NCBI GenBank assembly: GCA_950097015.1
Contig: CATNEN010000033.1
Span: 4,650,001 to 4,714,000 of the forward strand
Source: Macrostomum hystrix
Taxonomy: Eukaryota; Animalia; Platyhelminthes
Length of the DNA: 64,000 bases
Direction of reading: 5' to 3'
Position 1 is the first letter of the stretch; each line of letters begins with the position of its first letter. This document shows positions 47,249-59,571 of this stretch, in pieces. A model generated the notes under the pieces. The model was not told where the DNA came from. It searched no databases and was given only the letters and a program-made list of their open reading frames with translations. The position numbers were made by a program, and so were the translations under genes.

Positions 47249-48488
47249 GGGATCTAGGATCTGGGATCTAGGATCTGGGATCTAGGATCTGGGATCTAGG
47301 ATCTGGGATCTAGGATCTGGGATCTAGGATCTGGGATCTAGGATCTGGGATCTAGGATCTGGGATCTAGGATCTGGGATCTAGGATCTGGGATCTAGGAT
47401 CTGGGATCTAGGATCTGGGATCTAGGATCTGGGATCTAGGATCTGGGATCTAGGATCTGGGATCTAGGATCTGGGATCTAGGATCTGGGATCTAGGATCT
47501 GGGATCTAGGATCTGGGATCTAGGATCTGGGATCTAGGATCTGGGATCTAGGATCTGGGATCTAGGATCTGGGATCTAGGATCTGGGATCTAGGATCTGG
47601 GATCTAGGATCTGGGATCTAGGATCTGGGATCTAGGATCTGGGATCTAGGATCTGGGATCTAGGATCTGGGATCTAGGATCTGGGATCTAGGATCTGGGA
47701 TCTAGGATCTGGGATCTAGGATCTGGGATCTAGGATCTGGGATCTAGGATCTGGGATCTAGGATCTGGGATCTAGGATCTGGGATCTAGGATCTGGGATC
47801 TAGGATCTGGGATCTAGGATCTGGGATCTAGGATCTGGGATCTAGGATCTGGGATCTAGGATCTGGGATCTAGGATCTGGGATCTAGGATCTGGGATCTA
47901 GGATCTGGGATCTAGGATCTGGGATCTAGGATCTGGGATCTAGGATCTGGGATCTAGGATCTGGGATCTAGGATCTGGGATCTAGGATCTGGGATCTAGG
48001 ATCTGGGATCTAGGATCTGGGATCTAGGATCTGGGATCTAGGATCTGGGATCTAGGATCTGGGATCTAGGATCTGGGATCTAGGATCTGGGATCTAGGAT
48101 CTGGGATCTAGGATCTGGGATCTAGGATCTGGGATCTAGGATCTGGGATCTAGGATCTGGGATCTAGGATCTGGGATCTAGGATCTGGGATCTAGGATCT
48201 GGGATCTAGGATCTGGGATCTAGGATCTGGGATCTAGGATCTGGGATCTAGGATCTGGGATCTAGGATCTGGGATCTAGGATCTGGGATCTAGGATCTGG
48301 GATCTAGGATCTGGGATCTAGGATCTGGGATCTAGGATCTGGGATCTAGGATCTGGGATCTAGGATCTGGGATCTAGGATCTGGGATCTAGGATCTGGGA
48401 TCTAGGATCTGGGATCTAGGATCTGGGATCTAGGATCTGGGATCTAGGATCTGGGATCTAGGATCTGGGATCTAGGATCTGGGATCTA
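47249..48488. repeat. 14-bp array (GGGATCTAGGATCT), apparently perfect
   Basis: About 88 copies with no variant seen by eye. Confidence 0.98.
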
Positions 48489-49264
48489 TCAGAACTGATT
48501 TGCTCCTTACTCTGTGGACCAATTATTTGCGACTTGGCAGTTTGATTTGACTTTCTATCCTATCCTTAGGTATCCCTATTTTTGCACTAAAATAATAGAG
48601 AGAAGGAGTTGAAGTTGAGAAGGATATGGTGACAAGGATAGGGTGAGAAGGCGGGGGTGAGAATGTTGCAGAAGGAGTGGGAGAGGAGAAGAAATAGAGA
48701 TAGGATCGTGAAAGATTTGTGATGCACTGTCTAGCACTATAGAACAGGTTTCCTAAAATTTCTGCTCTCATTCTGAGTATTTGCAACGCCATGCAGCTTG
48801 CCAAATCAGGGCCCACGTCTGATCAACATTGTGTGCTCGCGACTAGCAGATCTCAGAATGTTTGAGCACCGCAAATGGCTGCCAGCCCCCTACCCGCCTC
48901 CACCCTCTGAGCAGCGTCACTAATGGATGAGCAAACTTGTTCAAAAATAATTGAGCGGCTTAATTTTAGCAGCGGATTAGTGAGTTTGGGCAGCTCAACT
49001 GGGGAGGCGGGAGGGTGGCAATGACCCACAGTCCACCCCACGCGCGCACTGATCCCATTAGTTCGGCCTAGGACCATCCTGCATGTGGGCGGCTGCTTCC
49101 AACTGCAGCTTGGGTGGTCTTCCATTGTATGAGGGAGCTGCGTTGCGTGTGCAGTTCGGCAATGTTTTTTCGCCGATTCAAACTAAAAGTCGAGTTTGAA
49201 CAAAAAATTCAGCCCTTCCAGTATTTCTAGTCCTTAAAGAGGCTTAGAAAATGATTCAGATTAG

Positions 49265-49800
49265 GGAACGGGATTAACGGGTGTAACGAAGTGACGGGAG
49301 TAACGGATCGACTGGAGTAACGGAGTGATGGGAGTAACGGAGTGATTGGAGTAACGGAGTGATTGGAGTAACGGAGTGATGGGAGTAACGGAGTGATTGG
49401 AGTAACGGAGTGGCGGAAAAAAAGGAGTGACGAGAGTAACTGAGTGACGGATAAAACACAGTGACGGGAGTAACGGAGTGATTGGAGTAACGGAGTGATT
49501 GGAGTAACGGAGTGATTGGAGTAATGGAGTGATTGGAGTAACGGAGTGATTGGAGTAACGGAGTGATTGGAGTAACGGAGTGATTGGATTAACGGATCGA
49601 TGGGAGTAACGAAGTGATGGTAGTAACGGAATGACAGGAGTAACGGAATGACAGAAGTAACGGAAGGACAGAAGTAACAGAATGACAGAAGTAATGGAAT
49701 GACAGAAGTAACGGAATGACAGAAGTAACGGAATGACAGAAGTAATGGAATGACTGAAGTAGCGAGTTTACAAAAGTTACGAATTGACAGAAGTAACGGA
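49265..49800. repeat. Degenerate 17-bp minisatellites (GGAGTAACGGAGTGATT then GAAGTAACGGAATGACA)
   Basis: Two related units in succession. Confidence 0.88.
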
Positions 49801-50324
49801 GATTGTGTAGACAATGCCGATGCAAAGTCCGAGAGACTGCTCGGTAAGTTTTCGTGTTGGCCATTGTGGAACTCTTTGGGAACGGCTGCACGACTCAAAA
49901 GACGTTTTTCTTCTATATTCTGCGCATACAAAAGGCACAATATGCTAGCCTATCTGTTCAAGACATCTTCGGCCTGCATTCTCCCGTCTGTTGTCTCAGT
50001 TTTTTTTTTCTTCTCTTTTTTTCTGCTCCGGGCGCAAATGATTGACAGGCGAGCACAGGCACTCACACACAGTGAGTGATAAAAAGAGACTAGAAAGACT
50101 ATTGCAATGCGCCTTGGGTACCGCAGGTTGTGAAAGCATGGAAGGAGCAGCATTTGGCATTGTGCTGCTGTGTATAGCGTTTCATTCATTCTATTATCCT
50201 CTGTTATATTAGAGCAGATAGCAGATATTGTCCAATTTTAGTGAGTTAATTTATTATGAGTAGCAATAAAGGGCGGAGTTATGCATATGGTTTGCCTTCT
50301 ATTCGAAATTACTGTCGTCTAAAG

Positions 50325-50690
50325 TCTGTCTCATCTCCCCACTGTCTCATCTCTCCCCTGTCTCATCTCCCCACTGTCTCATCTCTCCCCTGTCTCATCT
50401 CCCCACTGTCTCATCTCTCCCCTGTCTCATCTCTCCGCTGTCGCATCTCTCCTCTGTCTCATCTCTCCCTTGTCTCATCTCTCCACTGTCTCATCTCTCC
50501 CCTGTCTCATCTCTCCACTGTCTCATCTCTCCTCTGTCTCATCTCTCCCCTGTCTCATCTCTCCCCTGTCTCATCTCTCCCCTGTCTCATCTCTCCCCTG
50601 TCTCATCTCTCCCCTGTCTCATCTCTCCCCTGTTTCATCTCTCCCCTGTCTCATCTCTCCCCTGTCTCATCTCTCCCCTGTCTCATCTCT
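50325..50690. repeat. 17-bp minisatellite (CTGTCTCATCTCTCCCC)
   Basis: About 21 copies. Confidence 0.95.
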
Positions 50691-51924
50691 TCTGTTAATC
50701 ATGCCTGCTCTGATCTTTAGTTTCTTCGTGGCCCCATCGAAATATTTAGGATTCAATTCAGTGCTTGTCTTATCAGAGGCAGTGAATTTCGAGCTACCTT
50801 AGGCGAATCTAATTAGCTGATATTAATTCAATATATATAAATTTATAAGTAATAAATGTACCATAAAACAGTCACCAGCCGCATCGCAAGGCCAGGCCAT
50901 TGTGGCTGTATCACATGAGTTCTTTTTCTGAATCTGTGCAAGAATGTACAGTGCACTAATTATTCCGCACTCAGGCTCTGTGCAAGCCCCAGTTGCCGGG
51001 CTGTCAATCAAAGTTAAGCAAAACTGCTGCTGCCGCTGCTGCTGCAAGCAGACCTGTGCACCCACGTATGCGAGACAGCTTTATTCTCTGTCTCAGCTTT
51101 TCATCATTGTTCTCGTTTTGTCCCACCCGCCCGCCACGGAGTCCTGTCAGCCTGAGGCATTCGAGCTCACAAATAATATTATCCATGCGCGGAGGCGGGC
51201 GGCAGTCAGGGGCTGTGCTTGAAGTGGGCGGGGCTGAGCACACCGAGTTGAGTATAACATTTATATTAAGCAATTTTCCTATTCTACGGAGACATCAGGC
51301 TCGATATTCAACGGACCAACTAGCCGATATGTGCCGAAATGCCTGTTGCAAACTCCTGATTTTCTGATTTCTAACCAATGAGGCAGCAGTTGTACCTGCC
51401 GTATTTCTTTCTGTTTGCTAGTCTCGCCTCCTCAGAGGATACTCAAAGATGCCTTCCCTGCGAGGAGTCCCGCCTCGGCAGTACCGCGCGGGCCGGCCGG
51501 GCGGGCGATCTGATTGGCCAGAGACATTGGAAGACAAGGGGATACAAGGGCCAGGGGAAGAAAGCCCGGGGCTGGGGGTGGCGGCAAGGCAAGTGCTGCG
51601 TGAATGGCCGGTCGAGAGGCTGTTGGACAGCGCTCGACTGCGCCTGAGAGGCTCAAGCACTGCCATAGGCTGGGCTGAGGGGCGGCTTGACTCCCGGCCT
51701 TGGCTCCGCGGCCATTCGCTGCAGGGCGTCCTAATGGGGCGGCACAAGAGGAATTTAGGTGGCCCTCTCGGACCCTTTTCACACCCACTCCGGCCTCATT
51801 CTCTCGCTGCCTTGTCTGGAATCCGCTCCGCTCTCAATCGGCTGCCTGAGTGTCTCTTTTAGCCTCTCACACTCTTAGCAACCACTCCAGGTAACCCCCA
51901 CAGGGCCCATTGGCGCCTAGTTGC

Positions 51925-54900
51925 ATGTCACAGAGCCCAGCCACTCAGCAGCAGCAGCAGCAGCAGCAGCCTGTCGGCAGCTTCAGAGTCACCGATCTTC
52001 TCAGCCAGCAGCAAGCCGAAGAGGTCCCGACCGAGCACTCGAGCTTCTACTACACGGCAATGAACCCGTACGCGCCCAGCCCCTACATGCCGCAGGGCGC
52101 TCACCCCAGCGCCGCCTCCTTCACCTCGCAGTACTGCGGCGGGCCCGACCTCAGCCCGTACGCTGACCCCCGCCACACTGCCGCGGCCGCCAGCTGGTAT
52201 GGAGCCACTTCGCCAACGGCCGATCCGCGATTTGCCACCAGTGAGTGCCACTGCTTCCTTTTTGAATGCTGCACCCGCTCCCAATCCGCCCCCGATCCGC
52301 CCCCGATCCGACCCTTACTCCCCTGTGTTTTCCGCTCCCAATCCGCTCCTTGATCCCCTGTGTTCTCCGCTCCCAATCCGCTCCTTGATCCCCTGTGTTC
52401 TCCGCCCCCAATCCGCTCCTTGATCCCCTGTGTTCTCCGCTCCCAATCCGCTCCTTGATCCCCTGTGTTCTCCGCCCCCAATCCGCTCCTTGATCCCCTG
52501 TGTTCTCCGCCCCCAATCCGCTCCTTGATCCCCTGTGTTCTCCGCCCCCAATCCGCTCCTTGATCCCCTGTGTTCTCCGCCCCCAATCCGCTCCTTGATC
52601 CCCTGTGTTCTCCGCCCCCAATCCGCTCCTTGATCCCCTGTGTTCTCCGCCCCCATTCCGCTCCTTGATCCCCTGTGTTCTCCGCTCCTAATCCGCTCCT
52701 TGATCCCCTGTGTTCTCCGCCCCCAATCCGCTCCTTGATCCCCTGTGTTCTCCGCCCCCAATCCGCTCCTTGATCCCCTGTGTTCTCCGCCCCCAATCCG
52801 CTCCTTGATCCCCTGTGTTCTCCGCCCCCAATCCGCTCCTTGATCCCCTGTGTTCTCCGCCCCCAATCCGCTCCTTGATCCCCTGTGTTCTCCGCCCCCA
52901 ATCCGCTCCTTGATCCCCTGTGTTCTCCGCCCCCAATCCGCTCCTTGATCCCCTGTGTTCTCCGCCCCCAATCCGCTCCTTGATCCCCTGTGTTCTCCGC
53001 CCCCAATCCGCTCCTTGATCCCCTGTGTTCTCCGCCCCCAATCCGCCCCCTATCCGCTGGTGATGTCACGCATTTTGCTGTCCAGCAAGACCCATTCGAT
53101 TTTTGTTCATTGTGGACTCAAAAAAGCTTATTTGATTTTTTCAAATTGAGCCCACAGCCTGAGAAGAATTGGGAAAGGCAAAGAGCATATTGGCAGTCTC
53201 AGGCCCGTTATTGCTTCTCTTTGAAACCTGGGACGGCCTCGGGTTGCAATTTCTATGCTCAGGGCAACCACCAGGTCCGACCCACTTGAGAATTTGACAT
53301 GACTAGTTGCTGGGCGCCCGCGCCAGACTCTCCTCCCCTACCTTTGTTCCCCATACGGGGGAGAATTTTCCCCATCTCGCATGTGCTCAGACTGGTGGGA
53401 GGGGCGCCCACAGAGCCGCAAGACAGTTATACAGGCTAGCTGTTGCACAATGCTACAATGCCGTATCTTACAGACCCATCGCCCTACCCTAATTACCCAC
53501 AATGTGGAGTGCTTTCTCACAGGCGGGGAAGAATTGGTTTTTTTGTCGCTGGAAAAAAAATAAGCTAGTGATTATTGCTGGCAGTGGGCCGTTAAGTTCA
53601 ACATTTTCCAACGTATTGAGTTGCGGCTGGTTCAGTGTGAGCTGTTCTATGAATACCCCCAGGCGATTTCCCTCATATCTTCTTTTTTTCGTTATAAAAG
53701 ACAAAAAGCTGAACAGAAAGAAAAATACAATTTAATAAAGATTTGCTTTCAACGCCCTGTCGCGCACTGAGAAAATGTGACACCGCATAGCATGTGTGCC
53801 GCATCTTGATAGCACTGCATCACTGCAAAGTCATTCAGTTCCTCATTTCGACCTACGTCAAAGGTGGACTCTACAGCTTCGCGTCTTGCCTGAGCCCAAT
53901 ATTCTATGGCCCAAACCTCCTTCTTCATCCATTACACTCTTTCCTGTGCGCCAAAATATCCCAAAGTGACGCAACCCGTTTGGGCTCCCCCCACTTGAAC
54001 AAGCCTCGAGGGAGGGCTGAGCAGCCCCAGAGCACAGCTGAGATTCGGCAGACATCATTAGGGATCTGGGATCTGGGATCTGGGGTGTCTACGGCGGCCA
54101 GACGGTTTTAAGCTGTTTGCGCGGCGTCCCACACTTCTTAATTGTTTGTCAATTGCTTCCAGGCCGGTCAGCAATTAAGTGCGGCCCGTCTCTGCTCCTT
54201 GATCTCCGGCGCAAAGACAGCCGCGGGCTGCTGGAGGCCAAGGGATTGTCCGAACTCCCCCCAATGCCACCCCCTGCAGGGAATTCGCAAAAAAGCCAGG
54301 ATGAATTTCGATTAATAGGGAACTCGCACTGATGGGAACTGAGAGATCCCTTCAGGCGCATCGAGCAATATCAAATAGGAAAATTTCCCGAAATATAGAA
54401 TGACAAATTAAGCGGGCAATCAAAGGTGTGAATCGTTGGAGGTGTCAATCTCACATTTGACCTGTTAATATCGTAATTGACGCGCGCTCTATTAAAGGAA
54501 TCAATGAAAAAAGTTGACACCTTTTTATATTGCTCACGCAAAATTGGTGTTGAAAATTGTTTTTCTTCATATGAATGGCTTAGGAAGAATGGGATCTGAC
54601 ACCTCTGAGTATTATGAATGCTTATTGCATATTGCATCAACAATATAGCTGTGATTCCCTGCGCTGTTCCGCCTGCAGTGTCCCGGCTCATGGGCTCAGC
54701 CGGGTCGGCCTCATGCTACAGCTCCATGCCCGGCACTCTGGGCATGGCTGCCAGCATGGGCCTCGGCGCCTACGACCAGAAGTCCGGCGGCATGCAGTTC
54801 CCCATGTCGCAGAGGCGCAAACGGCGAGTGCTGTTCACTCAGGCGCAGGTGTACGAGCTGGAGCGCCGGTTCAAGCAGCAGAAGTACCTGTCCGCACCGG

Positions 54901-55968
54901 AACGGGAGCAGCTCGCCCAGATGATCAACTTGACGCCTACTCAGGTGAGCTGCAATTGCGATGCACGTGAAAGGGAAGAATGGAAGGTGTTAGGGAGAGA
55001 GGAAGGTGTTAGGGAGAGAGGAAGGGAGGTGGGGAGAGAGGAAGAGAGGTAGGGAGAGAGGAAGGGAGGTGGGGAGAGAGGAAGAGAGGTAGGGAGAGAG
55101 GAAGGGAGGTAGGGAGAGAGGAAGAGAGGTAGGGAGAGAGGAAGGGTGGTAGGAAGAGAGGAAGGGAGGTAGGGAGAGAGGAAGGGTGTTAGGGAGAGAG
55201 GAAGGGAGGTAGGGAGAGAGGAAGGGTGGTAGGGAGAGAGGAAGGGAGGTAGGGAGAGAGGAAGGGAGGCAATGAATAACAGAAACTCAGAATAAAGACT
55301 ACAATAGGATTGCTTACAACTTTTCGGTTTAGAAACGAATTTTAAAACAAAAACTTAAAATTTAAGCTCAGCAGCAGCAAGTAAAGAATTTTTCGGGGAT
55401 ACCAAACCAAAGCAATGAAATAGTTTATTGAATTCTGTCAAAGATACCAGATTCTTCTCAAGCTCTTCAGCTCACTTAGAAGCAGGAGTAGATGCAGCAG
55501 CAGCATCAGTCACTCCTAAACTCAGCGATGCGGTGAAGTGAGAAGGAGCCAGACATTGAGACCATCGCTAGCTTTGTGGCCGCGCAGCCCAGTAACAAGC
55601 GAAACATCAGCCAGAGTGAAGTGGAGAGCGAAAGTGAAGCCTGTTGAAAAGATCCGGGCGTAAAGTGTTGCTTCAACCATTTTTTAAAGGAATACTTAGA
55701 GACAGCAGGATGCGAAAACAAAGTGATTGCTTGCAATGGGAAGTGGCTGCAGGGCATTGTTGCAGCTTGCCTTGGCTACACTCACAGCTCATGTTTCCTA
55801 GGCAGTCAGTGGTGAGAACACTTGAATCGCATCGCCAATAGAGACTGCACAGGCCCTCTGTTTCGGCACTGACTCGGGCCAGCATGACCAGAAAGGGTTG
55901 CGAAATTGCATCTGAGAAAAGTTTATTATTAAAATTAGTCGCCTGTCATTCAAACTGATCTGGAAATT

Positions 55969-56001
<33 letters not shown>

Positions 56002-57600
56002 ATCCTGTAGCAGCGCGTGGAGTGGAGTAGCATTCTTAGCTCTTAGTTCGCTGCCAATTGGCAACAATCATTGTATGGGATTTGGCACATCGGGAACTGC
56101 GTAGGGATGAAACCTTATTTATTAAATTTCTTTTCCAGCATTTCTTCCTGTTGTTTCCCTCTCCGCTTTTGTAGGAGAAGAAGACAGGTAGCGACTTAGT
56201 TGGAGACTTAATTAATTAGTCAGGCGCGGGCCGGCATGCAAGTGGAAAGTGAGAGTTAGCCAGGCTGCAGCATGGAGGGCTGCATGCATAGCTGCATAGC
56301 TTTAGTTCGCTATTTCTCAAACTGCCCCCCACACACACAGAGATGGCAGAAGTCACAAACGCCAGGGAGGCATTCAGAATGGAAAACGCTATACAATATA
56401 TAGACAATTGATTGTCTCATTAAATTACTGTCAGCAGTGTGGAATCGGACACCCCATGGAATGGTCCCACAGCGAGACCCTGGGCTGCATGAGCCAGCAG
56501 CTCCTGGGGATGCGGAAGAGCTGCGGAGCCGGAAGCCAAGTGGAACAGTGGGCAAGGGAACAATCAGCAGGAAGTAGAGAGAGACAGACAGGTGCGGAGA
56601 CCTCAGCAAATACAACGGCTGTTGTAACGAGGGGCGGGGCCAAATTGCCAATTAGGTTGAATAGAACAGTGAGATGAGACTCACGGATCGCGTGCTGACA
56701 TCACACCATGGCTGATGAGTTTATGGCAGAGACAAACAATGGGAATTGTAGACGGGATAAATGTGTGTAAAATTACAAATGGACAATGAGATCGGGCACC
56801 GCGGCACGGGCCGGAAGTTGACCCCGGGCTGGGATAATTGCAAAGCCATTGTCTTCCCTTTTTCTGCTTTTTTTCTCGAACTCCACACTCCAACTGGATG
56901 GAATTTTGCTCACTCTGATTAACATCTCTTGCAACTGAACTCATTTCAGGTGAAGATCTGGTTCCAGAATCATCGCTACAAGTGCAAGCGAGCCTCCAAG
57001 GACAAGAGCACCGGAGACACGAGCAGTCTGAACACCTCCAAGGACTCCAACTCGAGCTCGGGGCACAACCACCGCTCGCCGAAGGCCGCCGGCCACGTCA
57101 AGAGCGAGAAATCGGGCGCTGTGCATCCGCAACACCCGCACCAGCATCAGCACCAGCATCATTCTGCCGCAGCTTCGTCCATTGACAGAGCCGCCGCTGC
57201 CGCCGCTGCTGCCGCCGCCGCCGCTGCAGCCGCTGCCGCGGCAGGCGACCTGACTGGAGGCGGCGGCAACATCGGCGTCGGGCAGCTCGGCATGGAGCAT
57301 CACCACCTGCACCACCACCTGCATCATAAGCAGGCTGGCGATGGCAAGCTATCTGAAAACAGCGGCCTGTCCACACCGCCAGAGTTCACTGCAACCACAT
57401 CGCCGCACTTTGGCCACCACCTGCAGGCGCAGCAGCAGCAGCAGCAGTTGCAGCAGCAGCAGCAGATGCCGCATCCGCACATGATGCAGCAACACCATCA
57501 GATGCACCACCCGATGCACCACCCGGGAGCTGCCGCAGCCGCAGCCGCCGGAGCTGCCGCCTTTCCGATGCTGGGAGCCTCGAGGCAGGGCGTGTGGTGA
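51925..57600 (+). CDS. NKX2-1: NK2.1-type homeobox transcription factor (TTF-1/scarecrow group), ~410 aa; exons 51925-52240, 54679-54944, 56950-57600
   Basis: TN/eh1-like SFRVTDLLS; NK2.1-type YCG...PY.D...WYGA..DPRF..SR.MG; homeodomain [44 protein letters not shown]|[14 protein letters not shown] with Tyr54; C-terminal ..GVW. Splice phases 1 and 0 are consistent. Confidence 0.95.
52270..53050. repeat. 35-bp minisatellite in NK2 intron 1 (CCGCTCCTTGATCCCCTGTGTTCTCCGCCCCCAAT)
   Basis: About 21 copies. Confidence 0.97.
54985..55270. repeat. 20-bp nearly all-purine minisatellite in NK2 intron 2 (AGGGAGAGAGGAAGGGAGGT)
   Basis: About 14 copies. Confidence 0.94.
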
Positions 57601-58429
57601 TGCCCGCTGATTGCTGATCCGTAAGAGGGCTATAGATTTGAACAATAACGGACCTGTCTGTTTTTCTCTCTGTCTCCTTTGCCAGCCGGCATTGATAATC
57701 CCAGCTACGGAAATCCCAGCTTTATTTGTACAATTTCGCACTCAGCCCTGTTTGCCGAGCGCGTCACTTTCGAAGTAAAAATTTTTTTGTGCTTTTTTTG
57801 AAATCGCCCACCCACAGGCTCCTCAATGTGCGCTCGGAAATTTTTGCCTGGAATTGATTCTCTAATTATATAGGAAACTGTTTCTCTGAGCAGTCCGCGC
57901 TGCATGGTCTCCTGGCTGCAGTTTGATTTTTAACAAATATTCAATTGCCACTCAATGCACAATCACCTCGCACACATAAGCACTAAACACACTGTACATA
58001 ACTTAGCTGTTTCTCATTCACAATACCAATCTGTGGGATTATCATGAATGATCTCAAAATCTTAATACTGTCTCGCGTCCAATTTTGTCATGCAATTTTA
58101 AACAAAAAAATCTCATCTCAAATCTTTGTTCTCGACTCATTGACAATGATCCCTTTTTAGATTTGCCCTTGCCCGAAAAACAAATCTTCAATGCAAAATT
58201 GCTTGCTTTTTTGTTGTCTTACTGTGTCGCTGCATCAACTGAAGGAAACTTTTTACTAAAGGTTATTAATAAATAAATGCTTTATTGAAATTATCTTACA
58301 TAGCACCCGATCTGGAAATATCCCTATAACACCTATATCTCTAGCTTGACATGCTTAATCATGAATCACCAATGTTTATGACATTCTGTCTCGTTCATTT
58401 TGTCATGATTTTTTCTAGACCTTTGTTCT

Positions 58430-58565
58430 TCTGACAGAGAGGTCGTGGGTTCGTATCCCAGTCCAAGGGGAAAATTATATCCTTAAACAAGATCCTTAAT
58501 TTCCCATTGCTTCTGTTTGACAAGCCGTGAACTGGGTACATCAGGTTTAGCAGCCTCGCCCAAGT
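58430..58565 (+). mobile_element. tRNA-derived SINE family B (CORE-like), degenerate
   Basis: B-box-like GGTTCGTATCCC at 58448-58459 followed by TCCTTAAACAAGATCCTTAATTTCCCATTGC...GAACTGGGTAC. Confidence 0.5.
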
Positions 58566-59571
58566 ACTCAAACACAAAGTACTCAAAGAACGGCAATAAA
58601 GTTCTAGTTGTGGATAAAGTTTATTGATTGAAACAATGAGACAAAACTACGTTAAACAATGCACACAGGCTGTGTAACATTGAGCTCAGCTCATTACTCA
58701 TTATAGTTATGCAAAGGTCTAAAGACACAGAAATATACATTCGTCTTTTACTTATTAGTAAGAATTTCATTTCGCAGTAGAAGTTCTTTGAAGCTTGAGC
58801 TCATGCTGCGAGTAGAAAATAAATTAGAATTGAGTCCCTGCTCTCCATTATGAGTTGCTAATGTCTCTCTGCAGTTGATGAGTTGCCGCAACTCCCTTGA
58901 GTCGTCTCAACCGCCCAGCGGGAGGTCGACCTTGGCTGGCTTTGAGGGCTCCGAGGAAAATGCGCGATCCGTCTGTGCGGCCCACAATGCCGCATTGGCA
59001 ACATGCTGGTATGGCAACCGCTGCACACCTATTGTTGAATGTGGATGCAGTGAGCGGCATATAAGGGTGAGACAGCCTGTGAGACAACCCACCCGCCTCA
59101 TCATGTTGGAAATGGCTGAGCACCCTGGCTGGGGTTTGCGGGCTCGAGGCTTTCAAGAGGCGAGGGTTCGAGTTTGGAGGAGGGGGTGGAGGACCGAAAA
59201 AATCAAATGACGTCACAGCGGGGGTCGAGCTCGTCTGGGGTGAGACGGGGTGGGAGACCGGTCCACAGGCACGCGTCTCTATGTTAATTCTCTGCCAAGC
59301 TCTGTGTATGTCCCAGTCTTCGCTGAGCAATTGCTTCGGTGTTTAAAAAACTGAATGCTCAAAATTCATTTCGTGCTACATCCCACAGATTGCCATGTGT
59401 CAGCTTGTGGCCTCCTTACTCATTTATCCCAACGCAAGGTGCAGGGGAGGGCCGGGCGCCCCGCAGCGATGCGACATAAGGTGCCAGGTCTCGACCATTT
59501 CGTGACCTCTCGATCTGCTGACGAAACCCGCTGATAACAGACCGGAAATGGTAGACAGTGGATGCGGAACT

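Noticed and set aside
47109-48975. 15/16 match TTAATTTTAGCWGCGG on both sides of the perfect 14-bp array
   Set aside because: Same orientation, 140 and 470 bp from the array ends so not a TSD, and AT-rich enough to arise by chance.
57993-58000. Pumilio element TGTACATA in the NK2.1 3' UTR
   Set aside because: A single 8-mer with UTR extent unknown; not distinguishable from chance.
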